Shown here: one piece after another, positions 25,786 to 38,080 of the stretch
Layout of the letters: each line of letters opens with the position of its first letter
Position numbering within the stretch: the stretch's first letter is position 1
DNA from: Squalus acanthias
Taxonomy: Eukaryota
Direction: 5' to 3'
Length of the DNA: 64,000 nt
Assembly: GCA_030390025.1 (NCBI GenBank)
Contig: CM059425.1
Span: 164,736,001-164,800,000 of the forward strand
Made by a program: the position numbers and the translations under genes
Notes under the pieces: generated by a model
The model's database searches: none
Told to the model about the DNA's origin: nothing
Seen by the model: only the letters and a program-made list of their open reading frames with translations

Positions 25786-26880
25786 GGGTGGAATTTGTGT
25801 ACGCCAAGGGAATTGTCGGTATCACTGGCAGCTCGAGTTAACGGCCGCTGAAAATGGCTGCTGCAGCGCTACCGGGCAATGGCGATGTGCAGCGCTAACT
25901 TACCATGCAACCTGGTGTTAATGGAGGCCTCAGACATCAGGTTACCGTCCACAGTCAGCGTTGCAGCTTCTTACAGCCTCTGGGAGCGAGACTGTGGAGT
26001 TTGCAAGGAATTGTGGGCAATTAAAGGGGCAATGCATTCAGAACTAATAAAAGTTAGAGTGCAGTGAAAAAATGTAGCTTTCAGCCCTTACTGCCTTTCA
26101 ATAAAAATTTAGCATTAAAAAGAAGCCCCAAATGGGATTCTTCAGCACTTCAAAGCCGAATTCCCTTCTGAAACTCAAAAAATGGGAAAATTGCTTTAGC
26201 ACTGACGCAAATAACTCAGCAAGCCAGGGAAGAGGCACCCAGGATCTCTCGCAGCACTCCAGCTTTGCGCAGGGCGTCAACACTGCAAGAGCGGCCCTCT
26301 ACCCACAGGGGCCAGGAGACCCTCCAGAAAGAACAATGTGGGACCAGATCATTAAGGTTGTTACTGCCAGCAATGTCGTCCCCACCACCTGGCTCCAGTG
26401 CCCAAAGAAGCTTCATGACCTGAGACTACTGGTCAAGCTCAGTGAATGCATCTTCATAAGCCATCTCTTACCAACTGCATCACTAGCCTCACACACTGCT
26501 CAATGCACGACTCTGCCCCCCCCCCCCTGTCACTCACCTACCAACAATCTGTACCAATGATGAGCACATCTCCTATTCCGAGCCTCACCTCACCCTCTTG
26601 GAGGAGACAGTGCTGGCCATTATTGGCAGGGGCATGGCTGAGCCCTTGGCCAACAGCAGGGCTGAAAGGATACAAGATACTGGTATCTGCATACGTTATC
26701 CTCCTTCTCGCATGTGCCTCTTGCTTTCCCGCCCTCCCTTCACCACAACTCCACCTTTGTGTCTTCCTCATTTCACACACCCAAGAAATGCAGCCTGCCC
26801 AGTCAGTGGTTGACCAAGAAGAGGGAGAGGAGAGTGAAGAAGATTGAATTGACACTCCCAGCCACCAGCTCCTCGTGGTC
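25786..26880 (+). mobile_element. Harbinger remnant with decayed Myb/SANT-like exon
   Basis: ORF 26132: ...ARAALYPQG...TMWDQIIKVVTASNVVPTTWLQCPKKLHDL, resembling the W...W.QC.K+..DL Myb pattern at 13227; boundaries approximate. Confidence 0.6.
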
Positions 26881-27036
26881 GACCAGCAAGGCCATTTGCA
26901 GTGTAGCTGTTTTGAATGCTTCAGTTGGGTTTACATTCACTGAGTTAGTCGACAACTTATTCCATAAGTGTACAATTAGTGCAAAATAGATACTCAACTT
27001 CCATTTTACTTCTATATTTCCTTAGCTTCTAACCAT

Positions 27037-27799
27037 GGCCCGGATATTCCGATCCCTACGGGTGTGTACACGCTGTGTACCCACCCATAGGGACATCAGA
27101 AATGCCGGTTTCAGGCATGCACAGCGCATGCGCTTAAAGCCGGCATTTCCAATCTGTCAAGAATGCTCTTGACAGATCCTCCGGCCTGCCCTGGAGAAGG
27201 GCCTCTGCGGGCTGAGAGTTCCGCTTTTTGGAGACCCTCTGCCCACAAAAAACCCTTACAATTCTTATGCCTGGTAAAAGCAGGCGTAAGGCCTGCTTTT
27301 ACCAGGATAAGAGTTGAAAAAAGTATTTAAAAAACACTCTTTTCACTGATTTATCATTTAAAAATACTTCCAAAAAAAAGTAAGTTTCTTTTAGCCCTGT
27401 TAAAAAAAAAAACTTCAATTTTTTTCAAAAATTTAAATTTTTGTTTAAAATGTTTAATTTATTGTAATTTCAAGTCATTTTAAAAATGTGGGTTTTTTTA
27501 AATGTATTTAAAGTTTTACTATGTTTTTGGGGTGATCTCCATTCATATATTTGACAGGTCTTCCTGTCAAGTGTATGAACGAAGATTCCCTTCTTTGATT
27601 GGCTCCCCATGGCCCACGTGATCCCAGGGACACTGCGAACTGCCTGCGCCTCTGGGATACGTGGGCCTTGTGCACTTGGAGTTTGGAGAGGCCCAGGATC
27701 GGAAGTGTGTGCGTTCCGGGAGCTCTCGGGTAAGGGAGTAGATTTTTCCAGATCGCAGGCCACCGCACGCGGGAGGCCTGCGATCGGAAAATACGGGCC
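27037..27799 (+). mobile_element. Hairpin MITE, related subfamily, copy F
   Basis: GGCCCGGATATTCCGATC...GATCGGAAAATACGGGCC; shares atggcccacgtgatcccagggg and the TGACAG hairpin. Confidence 0.85.
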
Positions 27800-27913
27800 A
27801 TTGTCTCTAAATTTACTGTTCCTTTTTCAGTACAGGTAATTTCTTTTCCATGTTCATTCCACCTAGTCTTTTTTAAAGTATGTATGTGTATCAGTTTAGC
27901 TTTCTTATTGCAG

Positions 27914-28075
27914 CCTACCATCTGATCTCATGACAACGATCTACAGTGTTGGAGCACGTAACGACGAGGGCTGGACATTCATAATCCAGATGTATAATCA
28001 CTTGCAGTCGGAAGCAGAGAAAAGCAAAATGCTGATAGCCATGGCAAAGAGCAACGATGTTCAGCATCTGATCTG
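27914..28075 (+). CDS. LNPEP: LNPEP-like exon 10
   Basis: gcag|C CTA CCA TCT GAT...ATC TG|gtttgt; LPSDLMTTIYSVGARNDEGWTFIIQMYNHLQSEAEKSKMLIAMAKSNDVQHLI; 162 bp. Confidence 0.92.
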
Positions 28076-28227
28076 GTTTGTAGAACACCAACTCTACATT
28101 TTCATGCCTACTAACAGTTTGTTGAAATAAGAGTATATTCACAATCAGCAGAGAAACCGTGCTAACGTGCATTTATTTCCCTTCCCTTTTCTGTTCTGTT
28201 CCTTTTGAAATGCTATTCATCAATTTT

Positions 28228-28962
28228 GGGGCAGAAATTCGGCTGTTGTCGGGTGAGTACGCGCTGTGTACTCACCCGTGGACGGAACGAAAGTGCCGGT
28301 TTCTTGCATGCACTGCGCATGCGCGGAAACCGGCACTTCCGTTCCCCTGAGGAAAGGGGTTCAGAGGTCGAACGCACAGCCAGCGCGTTTGCCTCGCACT
28401 CAGATTTTTTTTACAGTTTCTCCGTGAGGGTAAGCACGGAGAAGATACACTTTTAAAAAGGATGCGCAAGGCCTTTTAACAAGGTAAGTGTTGATTTTAT
28501 TAAAATTTAAACATTTTTTTCACATTTATCTTTTTTAATTACTTTAAAGAAAGGTAAGTTTAGTTTTAACCCCGTTAAAAAATGTAATTTTTTTCAAATT
28601 TAAATTTTTGTTTAAAATAGCTATTGTAATTTATAGTTATTTTTAAAATGATTTTTTAAAATTTATTTGTAGTTTTAGGGATGTTTTGGGACCGATTTCA
28701 ATTCATAGATTTGACAGGTCTTCCTGTCAAATCTATGAATGAAAGATGGTCTGCTGCCATTGGCTCTCCATGGCCCACGTGATCCCAGGGGACGCATCGC
28801 AGTAACTACGCCCCTGGGATACACGAGCACTGCGCACCGGCAGCTGCAGGAGGCCCAGGAGCTGAAGTCCCCGTGGGCCCAGAGGTCAATGGCAGGCGCA
28901 GTAGGTAGGTGCGCGCGCGATCCTTGCACCCGCGGGAAGCCAGGGAGCCGAATTTCTGGCCC
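28228..28962 (+). mobile_element. Hairpin MITE, copy B
   Basis: GGGGCAGAAATTCGGC...GCCGAATTTCTGGCCC; reverse complement of copy A. Confidence 0.88.
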
Positions 28963-28974
28963 AATATGTTTCAA

Positions 28975-29068
28975 CTCTGACGAAGGATCGATACGTGTTA
29001 TGTTAACTCTTCTGTTCTCTCCAAAAATGTGACTGACCAAGTGTTTCCAGCATTTTCTGTTTTTGTTT
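28975..29068 (+). mobile_element. Penelope-like 3' end fragment
   Basis: ctgacgaaggatcg...gttaactct...tttccagcattttctgtttttg. Confidence 0.5.
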
Positions 29069-29651
29069 AAGAAATACTTTATTAGTTTTGTCCATAAGGG
29101 CCAGTTGTATGAACCCAAGTAATGTATAACTTGAATACTGCTTGTTAAATCTTTAGCCTTCACTGTTTAAACAAAATGTTAGAAAAATTGATTGAAGGTG
29201 ACAGAACAAGACAACAGGCTCTTGGTCATAATTCCTCATAATTGATTTTTTTTAAAGTAGCTCAAATAATGAATGAAGTCCTCTGCTGCTTTCTAGAAAA
29301 ATATTCATGAAGACCCTTAAATGATTATATACTTATTTGCCTTGGGAAAGGCAGGCATTTTGGACAGGGATTTCCTCTGTGCTATTCTTAACAAAATTGT
29401 AATTATTTGTTTAAAAAAAAGTTTAGAATTTCTCTACAAATAGCATAGAGAAAATCTCCTCCTGTCTGTTTAAAATTAACTAATCAAATCTTCAACTAAA
29501 CAAATTAGCCCAAGAGCAGAGGTTTTGCTTGAATTTCTGAATTGTCTTATGGTTTTAACAGCCGGGATCATTCCTCCCTAATTCATGTATTGTTTACTTT
29601 TAGGTATTGCTTTGTAGATACTGAACAGAATATTAATGCTTCATTTCCTAG

Positions 29652-29792
29652 GTTGATGCATGAGAGCTTGCAACAGGGTATGATAAGGACGCAGGAACTA
29701 CCCACCATTCTTGCTACTTCCAGCAAAAGCCTAGTCGGATATCTCTTTGCTTGGGATTTTGTTAAGGAAAATTGGGATAATCTGGTTAAAAA
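29652..29792 (+). CDS. LNPEP: LNPEP-like exon 11
   Basis: ctag|G TTG ATG...AAA AA|gtaggt; LMHESLQQGMIRTQELPTILATSSKSLVGYLFAWDFVKENWDNLVK; 141 bp. Confidence 0.93.
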
Positions 29793-30568
29793 GTAGGTTC
29801 CTGATACTGAAATTCTTAAATTCACTAAATGTATTTATTCATAATATAAATGTGGTGCCATCAGATCCTTATGAAAATGTTCATATGACTTTACAAGCCT
29901 TATGTTATACATAGAAATTCATAAAAGGTTTATTTACCTCTTGGCTTTTTTATTCTATACCTTGTGATTTAAAAAAAAACCAGAATTCCATTAATTTTTT
30001 AATGGATTTATCAACCTGAGGGGCTGCCTATAATGTCCTGTGAACCTGTACCCCCAAATTCCTCTGCTCTTGCACAACACCAAGATTACTTCCATTCAGA
30101 TATAATGCCCGTTAACTACTCAAACAATTCTGAGGTTTGTTGCGCATGATTGTTCCGTTTGAAATCTGTGACAGCAACTTCTAACTATTTTCTCTAAGAA
30201 TTAAATTACCTTGATAAAGACTCTTTTTATAGGCGATCCCACAACCAACGGATCAGATCAAAGCTCTGCAGTCCTGCCACATCCAGTTGTGAATGGTGGT
30301 GGACCATTAAACAACTAACGGGAGGAGGAGGCTCCATGAATATCCCCATCTCAATGATGGTGGAGCCCAGCATGCGAGTGCAAAAGACAAGGCTGAAGCG
30401 TTTGCAACCATCTTCAGTCAGAAGTGATCCATATTGGCCTCCTCCTGAGGTCCCCACCATCACAGAAGCCAGTCTTCAGCCAATTTGATTCTCTCCACGT
30501 GATATCAAGAAATGGCAGAGTGCACTGGATACAGCAAAGGCTGTGGGCCCCGACAACAACTCGGCTGT

Positions 30569-31350
30569 AAAAGAAAGACTTGCATTTATGCAGCGCCTTT
30601 CACAACCATCGGACGTCTCAAAGCGCTTTACAGCCAATGAAGTACTATTTGAAGTGGAGTCACTGTTGTAATGTGGGAAATGCGGCAGCCAATTTGCGCA
30701 CAGCAAGGTCCCACAAACAAAAAACCTGTTTTTGTTACGTTGGTTGAGGGATAAATATTGGCCAGGACACCAGGGATAACTCCCCTGCTCTTTTTCGAAA
30801 TAGTGTCGTGGGATCTTTTACGTCCACCTGAGAGACCAGACGGGGCCTTGGTTTAACGTCTCATCCAAAAGACGGCACCTCCGACAGTGCAGCACTCCCT
30901 CAGCACTGCATTGTGGAATAAACGAACACCTCATGACTCTTCGGCTCACTCTAGCCCGGAACCAGTGCGCTACGGCCATCAGTGCGTACGCCCCAACACT
31001 GGAAGTCACAGACGAGACAAAGGAGGAATTCTACTCCAGCCCCGAACAATCCTTGTTCCAAGTCCCAACGGGCGACAAGCTGATCCTCCTTGGCGACTTT
31101 AATGCCAGAGTTGGAAAGGACACAGACCTCTGGGGAGGTGTGATCGGCAGAGAGGGGGGTAGGGAAAGCCAACTCCAACGGTACCCTCCTCTTGACGAAA
31201 TGCTTAGAACATGACCTTGTCATAACCAACACCTTGTTCCGTCAGAGAGACAAGTACAAGGCTTCATGGCAGCACCCTCGCTCCAAGCACTTGAACCCAC
31301 AACCTTCTGACTCAGAGGCGAGTGTGCTACCAACTGAGCCACAGCTGAGA
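30569..31350 (-). mobile_element. Deu-domain SINE interrupted by an RTE fragment
   Basis: Tail aagaaagacttgcatttatgcagcgcc at 30570; head ttgaacccacaaccttctgactcagaggcgagtgtgctaccaactgagccac at 31291-31345. Confidence 0.85.
30913..31290 (+). mobile_element. RTE-clade LINE AP-endonuclease internal fragment
   Basis: ISAYAPT..TDETKEEFY...DKLILLGDFNARVG...NSNGTLLLTKCLEHDLVITNTLFRQRDKYKASWQHPRSKH. Confidence 0.85.
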
Positions 31351-33103
31351 CAGTGGTGCTGAAGACCTGTGCTCCAGAACTAGCTGCGCCTCTAGTCAGG
31401 CTTTCCCAGTACAGCTACAGCACAGGCATCTATCCGACAGTGTGGAAAACTGCCCAGGTATGTCCTGTCCACAAAAAACAGGGCAAATACAATCTGGCCA
31501 ATTACCGCCCCATCAGGTTACTCTCAATCACCAGCAAAGTGATGGAAGGTGTCGTCGACAGTGCTATCAAGCGGCAATTTCTCACCAATAACCTGTTCAC
31601 TGATGCTCAGTTTGGGTTCTGCCAGAACCACTCGGCTCCAGACCTTATTACAGCCCAGGTCCAAACATGGACAAAAGAGCTGAATTCCAGAGGTGAAGTG
31701 AGTGACTGCCCTTGACATCAAGGCAGCATTTAACCGTATGTAGTATCAGGGAGCCCTAGTAAAATTGAAGTCAATGAGAATCGGGGGGAAAACTCTTCAC
31801 TGGCTTGAGTCATACCTAGCACAAAGGAAAATGGTTGAGGCCAGTCATCTCAGCCCCAGGACATTGCTGCAGTAGTTCCTCAGGGCAGTGTCCTTGGCCC
31901 AACCATCACCAGCTGCTTCATCAATGACCTCCATCATCAAGGTCAGAAGTGGATATGTTCGCTGATGATTGCACATTGACCAGAAACTTAACTGGACCAG
32001 CCACATAATTACTGTGGCTACAAGAGCAGGTCAGAGGCTGGGTAATCTGCGGCGAGTATCTCAACTCCTGACTCCCCAAAGCCTTTCCACCATCTACAAG
32101 GCACAAGTAAGGAGTGTGATGGAATACTCTCCACTTGCCTGGATGAGTGCAGCTCCAACAACACTCAGGAAGCTCAACACCATCCAGGATAAAGCAGCCC
32201 GCTTGATTGGCACCCCATTCACCAACTTAAACATTCACTCTCCACCACCATCTGCAAGATGCAGTGCAGCAACTCGCCAAGGCTTTTTTGACAGCACCTC
32301 CCAAACCCGTGACCTCTACCACTTAGGACAAGGGCAGCAGGCGCATGAGAACACCACCACCTCCAAATTCCCCTGCAAGTCGCACGCCATCCTGACTTGG
32401 AAATATATTGCCATTCCTTCATCATTGCTGCGTCAAAATCCTGGAACTCCCTCCCTAACTGCACTGTGGGAGTACCTTCACCATACGGACTGCAGCGGTT
32501 CAAGAGGCGGCTCACCACCACCTTCTCGAGGGTAATTAGGGATGGGCAATAAATGCTGACCTTGCCAGCGATGCCCACATCCCATAAAAAAACAAATATA
32601 AAAAAAAAATTCCCTACCACCAATGTTAAACTAACTGGCCTGTAATTACCAGGATTAGCTGCCTCCCTTTTTAAATTGGCCAATCTCTGGTCCTCCAGCA
32701 TGCCATAGAGCCCTGAAATATAAATTCTAGGGCATCCGCAATTTTCCCCCCTCATCTCCATCTAGACTCCAGCATATATTCTGTCGGGCCCTGGCACTTT
32801 GTTTTCCTTTAGTTTAACGAACTTGTATAAGGTTTTCTTTTATCCATTATAATATAGCTCATCTCGTTCCCCTTCTCTCTGCCATCTATCTCTCTTTCTC
32901 AGGCAACGTGACAATGCAATTTTTTCCTTGTGCCTCTAGTGCCTTGGAATTTTTTTTTCCTATGTTAACGATGCTATATAGATGCACGTTGTTGTATTTA
33001 ACCTAATAAAAGCATTTTAAATGTTTTCTAATATGTAACTTTTTTATTGGACATACTGTAAATTTTATTGCATGAAAATGTTTACTTTTTTCAAACTTAT
33101 TAG

Positions 33104-33185
33104 GTTTCACCTTGGATCATTTCCTATTCAAACCATTATCGCTGCAACAACATCACAATTTTCAACAAAGAGCCACCTGTCTGAG
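33104..33185 (+). CDS. LNPEP: LNPEP-like exon 12
   Basis: ttag|G TTT CAC CTT GGA TCA...GAG|gtcagt; FHLGSFPIQTIIAATTSQFSTKSHLSE; 82 bp. Confidence 0.92.
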
Positions 33186-33891
33186 GTCAGTGGCTTTTTA
33201 ATTGTGCAAAGATTACTAAATATTTTAATCTTTCTTCGATGTGTTGTATGAATTCAGTTGACCGAGTAAGCTCATGTGTGTCCCTGTGGTTTGATTAAGA
33301 ATAGCTGAGGTCTTGGAGTGGCTTGCTTTGTCGAATGGGGAATGATCTAGCGCCTAAAGATTTTAAATATGGTGTGCTTAAAATTTTTAATTTAATTACT
33401 AAAAGCAGTATTTAAATATAAGTTATCATCTCATCAGCTTTACCCTACAGACACTGATGAAACTGCCTATAGCAGTGGCTATGTCAAGCATCTTAAGGAA
33501 AAAACATGCTGCCCAGATCAAATGATTTGTCATGAGTATGCCATATTTAACTTTATCTCAACCATTCCAGGTCATGGATCAAATTAGGAAATAAAAAAAG
33601 AAAATATTCTGACCATGCTAATCTTGTGATTGGTTCATAGTCCATGCTTTCTTCCCCCTAGACCAGTCAGCAAGTTCATTTATTACATTTGAGAATCTTT
33701 AGGATAGTAATTGTGGTTTAGTGCTTAGCTGCTTGTAAACTTTGTCGTGAGGAAGCCATCTTTAAATCGGGGTTTCAAACATATACTTAGTTGCAAAGAA
33801 ATATCTACTCATGGCTTAAAAAGCTCCTTGTAAAATAGAATCGGGAACAAGTGGTTTTTAGTCCAATCCAGGTAAGGACATTTGAGATAAT

Positions 33892-34642
33892 GGGCCAGAA
33901 ATTAGGCACTTGCTGGGTGAGTACGCGCTGTGTACTCACCCGTAAGACCTCCTAAAGTGCCAGTTTCCTGCATGCGCGGGAAACCGGAACTTCTGGTTTC
34001 GTGAAGGGAGTGGTTTAGAGGTGAACCGCGTGTGCGGGAGAGGCTGCACGCACGCAGTGAACTTAGGGTTTTTTTCAGGTTTCTCCGGGAAGGTAAGTAT
34101 TGAAGAAGCTGCGCTTTTAAAAAGGAGGCGCAGGACCCGTTTTTAACAAGGTAAGTGGTTAATTAATTACAATTTAAAATATTTTTCAATAGGTTTATCT
34201 TTTTTAGATACTTTAAAGAAAGGTAAGTTTATTTTTAGCACTGTTAAAAAGTATTTTAATTTTTTCAAATTTAAATTTTTGTTTAAAGTAGTTAATTTAT
34301 TTAACTTAGTTATTTTAAAAATGTGATTTTTTTAAAAAAAATTTATTTGAAGTTTAGGTGTTGTTTTGGGGCCGATTTCAATTCATAGGTTTGACAGGTC
34401 TTCCTGTCAAATCTATGAATGAAAGATGGTCTGCTGCCATTGGCTCTCCATGGCCCACGTGATCCCAGGGGACGCATCGCACTAACTACGCTCCTGGGAT
34501 ACACAAGCACTGCGCGCCGGCAGCTGCAGGAGGCCCAGGAGCTGAAGTCTCCGTGGGCCCAGAGGTCAATGGCAGGTGCGGTAGGTAGGTGCGCGCGCGA
34601 TCATTGCACCCGCGGGAAGCCAGGGAGCCTAATTTCTGGGCC
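33892..34642 (+). mobile_element. Hairpin MITE, copy C
   Basis: GGGCCAGAAATTAGG...CCTAATTTCTGGGCC; flanks AAT/ATT. Confidence 0.88.
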
Positions 34643-35301
34643 ATTAAAAATTGCACTGGCTGAAAATTGTATGCATGTGTATGTGCATAAACCTATATTC
34701 ATAACCATATTTCTTTCCTCAGCACCTGCCTCCATCTCCCAACTCATTGTTACAGGCACATGCATTCATACATCTGCGCGCACACATATTCTGCTTTTTT
34801 TTCTCTCTCTCTTTCTCATTTGTGCATGCACTCTATCTCTGTCTTGCAGTAGCATCAAGTACGGTCTAATTATGAAATTAATCACCAGAACGATTCTATT
34901 ATCTTATCCCTCAACTGTCACTTTAACAAAAAAATGTTTTCTTTGGATAGAAAAGCCTAGAATCTCAACCAACTCCTGAATGCCAGACAATACCGCCATC
35001 CTTCTTCCCTTTCACTTACCTTTGGCCTGAGCTAACCAACTAATCTCCCTCCTGTCTGTTTATCTCTTGTAAGATTATGTGGACAGTTTGTGAAATTGAT
35101 CAGAGTTTATCCAGTGGATTACTATATCGAGCAGTTTATAGAACTTGCATGTACTAAATCTAAGTAAAAGATGTGAGCACAAGCAAATGTTTTATGTAGT
35201 CACTAAAAGAAAATCTTCTTGCATTCCTACAGTCTGATCAGGAAATTTGTTTTTGGTTTTCCATTTTTTTTATAAATAAAATTAACTTTTTTTAATCACA
35301 G

Positions 35302-35433
35302 GTCCAAACATTTTTTGATTCACTGACGGACAAGAGTTCACAGCTGCGGACTGTCAAAGAGGCACTTGAGATGATTCGCCTGAACATTCAATGGATGGAC
35401 AAAAATTTGAAAAACCTGGAATTGTGGCTATAG
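35302..35433 (+). CDS. LNPEP: LNPEP-like last coding exon with TAG stop
   Basis: acag|GTC CAA ACA...TGG CTA TAG; VQTFFDSLTDKSSQLRTVKEALEMIRLNIQWMDKNLKNLELWL*; the 13 exons total 1850 nt (2 nt + 616 codons) with no internal stop. Confidence 0.94.
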   Translation, partial: VQTFFDSLTDKSSQLRTVKEALEMIRLNIQWMDKNLKNLELWL

Positions 35434-38080
35434 AAATGATTCTGTTTTTCTCTTTAGTAAATTAAATACACCTATGTGATAAGTGATGCTAAATTGCAGT
35501 AGTATAAAGCAGGGTGAAGTCGGTTGTCACTCGCAACAACGTCAGTTTGCACTATTGGAGGGTTGTAGTTAGCTCAGGGCAACTGTTACTGTTCGTTCGA
35601 TCATTGAATTTTAATTGTGATTGCAAGGAGCTGCAGACCAAACTATGGGAATTTGGTGATGGGTATTGGTATTTGCAAAAAAAGCATTTTATTAAGCAAA
35701 ACATTGTCATTATGAGTTACTAGTTTCAACCATTTAGTATGTGAGTGGAAGGTTAAGAATGTGTGCCATATAGCATATAAAGACAGAATGTTCAGCTTAC
35801 CTGGCAATTTAACTTTATCTTACCATGTGCTTTGCAGTAAAGGGTGCTTTTTTGCAATTAGGCTTTAGATTTATTAGGACAATGCTTTGTGTCGTATTGA
35901 TCGGGCCCTTATCATAATGACACCTACTGCAAAGTGGAGACTCACTCCTTTGCTTTTGTGTCATGACTATGCTTTACAATCATAATACAGGAAACTTTCG
36001 TTTATCCGGCACCCAAATATCCGGAATTCTCGCTTAACCGGCAAAAATCATCCTCCGAAAACTCCTCTCAAATAACCGGCAATGTTGCCGAGTCGCAGTC
36101 GAGTCTTCGCGAACGCCGAGTGCTCCGAAAAATCCTCTCAAATAACCGGCAATGTTGCCGATCCCGAGTCCGAGTCAGAGTCCGAGAACGCCGATTTAGT
36201 CAGTAGGGGTACTTTTCAAAAGTGCCACTACTCGGCCTCCTGGCGCTGTCGCAAGTCCGAAACATTGCAGTAGCAGGAGTAGATTCTCCTGTGCTGCTTG
36301 GAGTCTCTTTGTTAAAAATAGCCTCGGTAGATATAACTCTCTGTTATCCGGTACTTTCGATAAACCGGCACCACGCCGGTCCCGTCGATGCCGGATAAAC
36401 GAAAGTTTCCTGTATAGTGTATGGTGTATTTCCCTCTATTGCATTAGAAATACCAGCCATATGAACCCCTATATCTTCAATTACTACATCTTTATCAAGG
36501 CCACTGTTTTGACAGAAAAGAACAAAATCATAGAATGTGATCCCCAAAATAACTTTAAAAAAAAAAAGAAAATCCTGTAATCCCACAAAACAAGAATTTG
36601 ACTTAATTCAGTCATCATAAACCAGTGCCCCTAGCTTTTATACATTTTCAGTTGTTTTTCATCACCTGCCTCATGCAGTCTCTACTGAATGATTTATAAT
36701 AGTTTTTTTTTAAAGCTATAGATTATATTTTATGAAAAACTGAAGCTCTGAGTTCACAACAGTTTTTATCCTAGGGTTCTGTGATGAACTATTGAGCTTT
36801 GCTATCATGAGTTTTGATGTCATCAGAATCACTCAACGGAATTAGTGCTACATCTCACCGACAGCCATCTATATGTATTTGACAGATGTGTGTTTTAAAT
36901 ACAATTGCTGTTTGTGAATTATACAAGACCAATCAGAATTTAACAGGATTATTAAAAGCTAGTTCTGTACTGTAAATCAGAATGTACTGCAATAAATATT
37001 CTAAAACGGTAATCCGGTGTCAAAAAAATGCAAAATAAATTTGCAAATTATAGAAGTTGGGCACTGCTTTTGAACTATGAGAATGATCTAAGAGTATGCA
37101 AAGAATGTAGCTAGTTCTAGTGTTGAGCTCATTTATTAACCTCAGGTATTGACCTCATTAATAATGTGGATTAAGAAATGCTAAATGGGATGTTAACTGA
37201 TAAGTCAGGCTGGTTACAAGTAGTGCATAGAATCATGCTCTCAGTAAATTGTCTGAGGAAAATGGGAGGACCTGCACAAATGATACTGATTACAAGAAAT
37301 TAATCCACAGAAGTACCGTTATGGCACAAGTAATTTGTGTATTGACCTTTACTCTGTTTCTGTTTTTTTTCTCTATCAGCTGAGCACTTTTTTCTTTATA
37401 ATTACCATTAGCAAATTTCCAAAGCGTCTTTTCTAATCGTTAAAGTTGCTTTTGGTAGTAAAACTAGAAATGTGGTAAATGGTTTACCCTACATGTGTGC
37501 AAGTTAAATGGAAGCCATATTCGCAAAGTTGAAAAACAGAAAGGAAAGGTCTACCCAAAATGTTGCTACTGTATTGACATTGCTCATCTCAGGTGTAAAG
37601 TGGTAATGCATTAATTATTTGTTTGTGGTTTGTAGGAGTTCAGTGTTTTAGAGTGAAAACCGAAGTGCTGCAATTTGGAAGCCTACAAGTTATTTTGAGA
37701 TTTTAATAATGTGAATTATATAAATCTCAATTTACAGCTGTTTAAAAAAAATAAAAAATAAAAATAATAAAATATATCTTTTAACTGAAAATTTCCATAG
37801 TGTTATATGTATTAAAGCTGTTTGGTTTGTATTCTTTCAAGCTTGTATGATTGCACAATATTTGCCTGTAATAAGTAAGGTCTACAAACAATGAAAAACA
37901 TGATTAAAGTACTATTCTTTTTCCGTTCTTTCCCCTATGAGGCAGATTAATAAATTTTATTGGAATTTTGGACTAATGTGTTTGCTTATTACTGAATTGC
38001 AAACAAGACATGTAATGCAAAAACACTGGTGCATTTTGTGAAGTAAAAATAAATTACTTGATGATGGAGTTTCTGAATAA
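35434..38080 (+). other. Putative AT-rich 3' UTR of the aminopeptidase gene
   Basis: Follows the stop; mostly repeat-poor; AATAAA at ~36991, ~37015, ~37750-37770, ~37949 and ~38048-38080; the true end cannot be determined. Confidence 0.5.
35988..36412. mobile_element. Tc1/mariner (pogo/Tigger-like) MITE, copy 2, in the putative 3' UTR
   Basis: Perfect 24 bp TIR CAGGAAACTTTCGTTTATCCGGCA / TGCCGGATAAACGAAAGTTTCCTG; TA on both flanks. Confidence 0.9.

Larger units (their letters stand above)
30228..32610 (+). mobile_element. CR1/L2-group LINE (a different family), decayed, interrupted by SINE + RTE
   Basis: ANYRPIRLLS, QFGF, VPQGSVLGP, FADD, YKAQVRSVMEYS; A-rich 3' end at ~32585. Confidence 0.85.

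Noticed and set aside
28739..29032. Recurrent MKDGLLPLALHGPRDPRG ORFs (also 34419, 45719, 23203) as a gene family
   Set aside because: These are translations of the GC-rich end of the same MITE; the frames are not preserved in the divergent copies.
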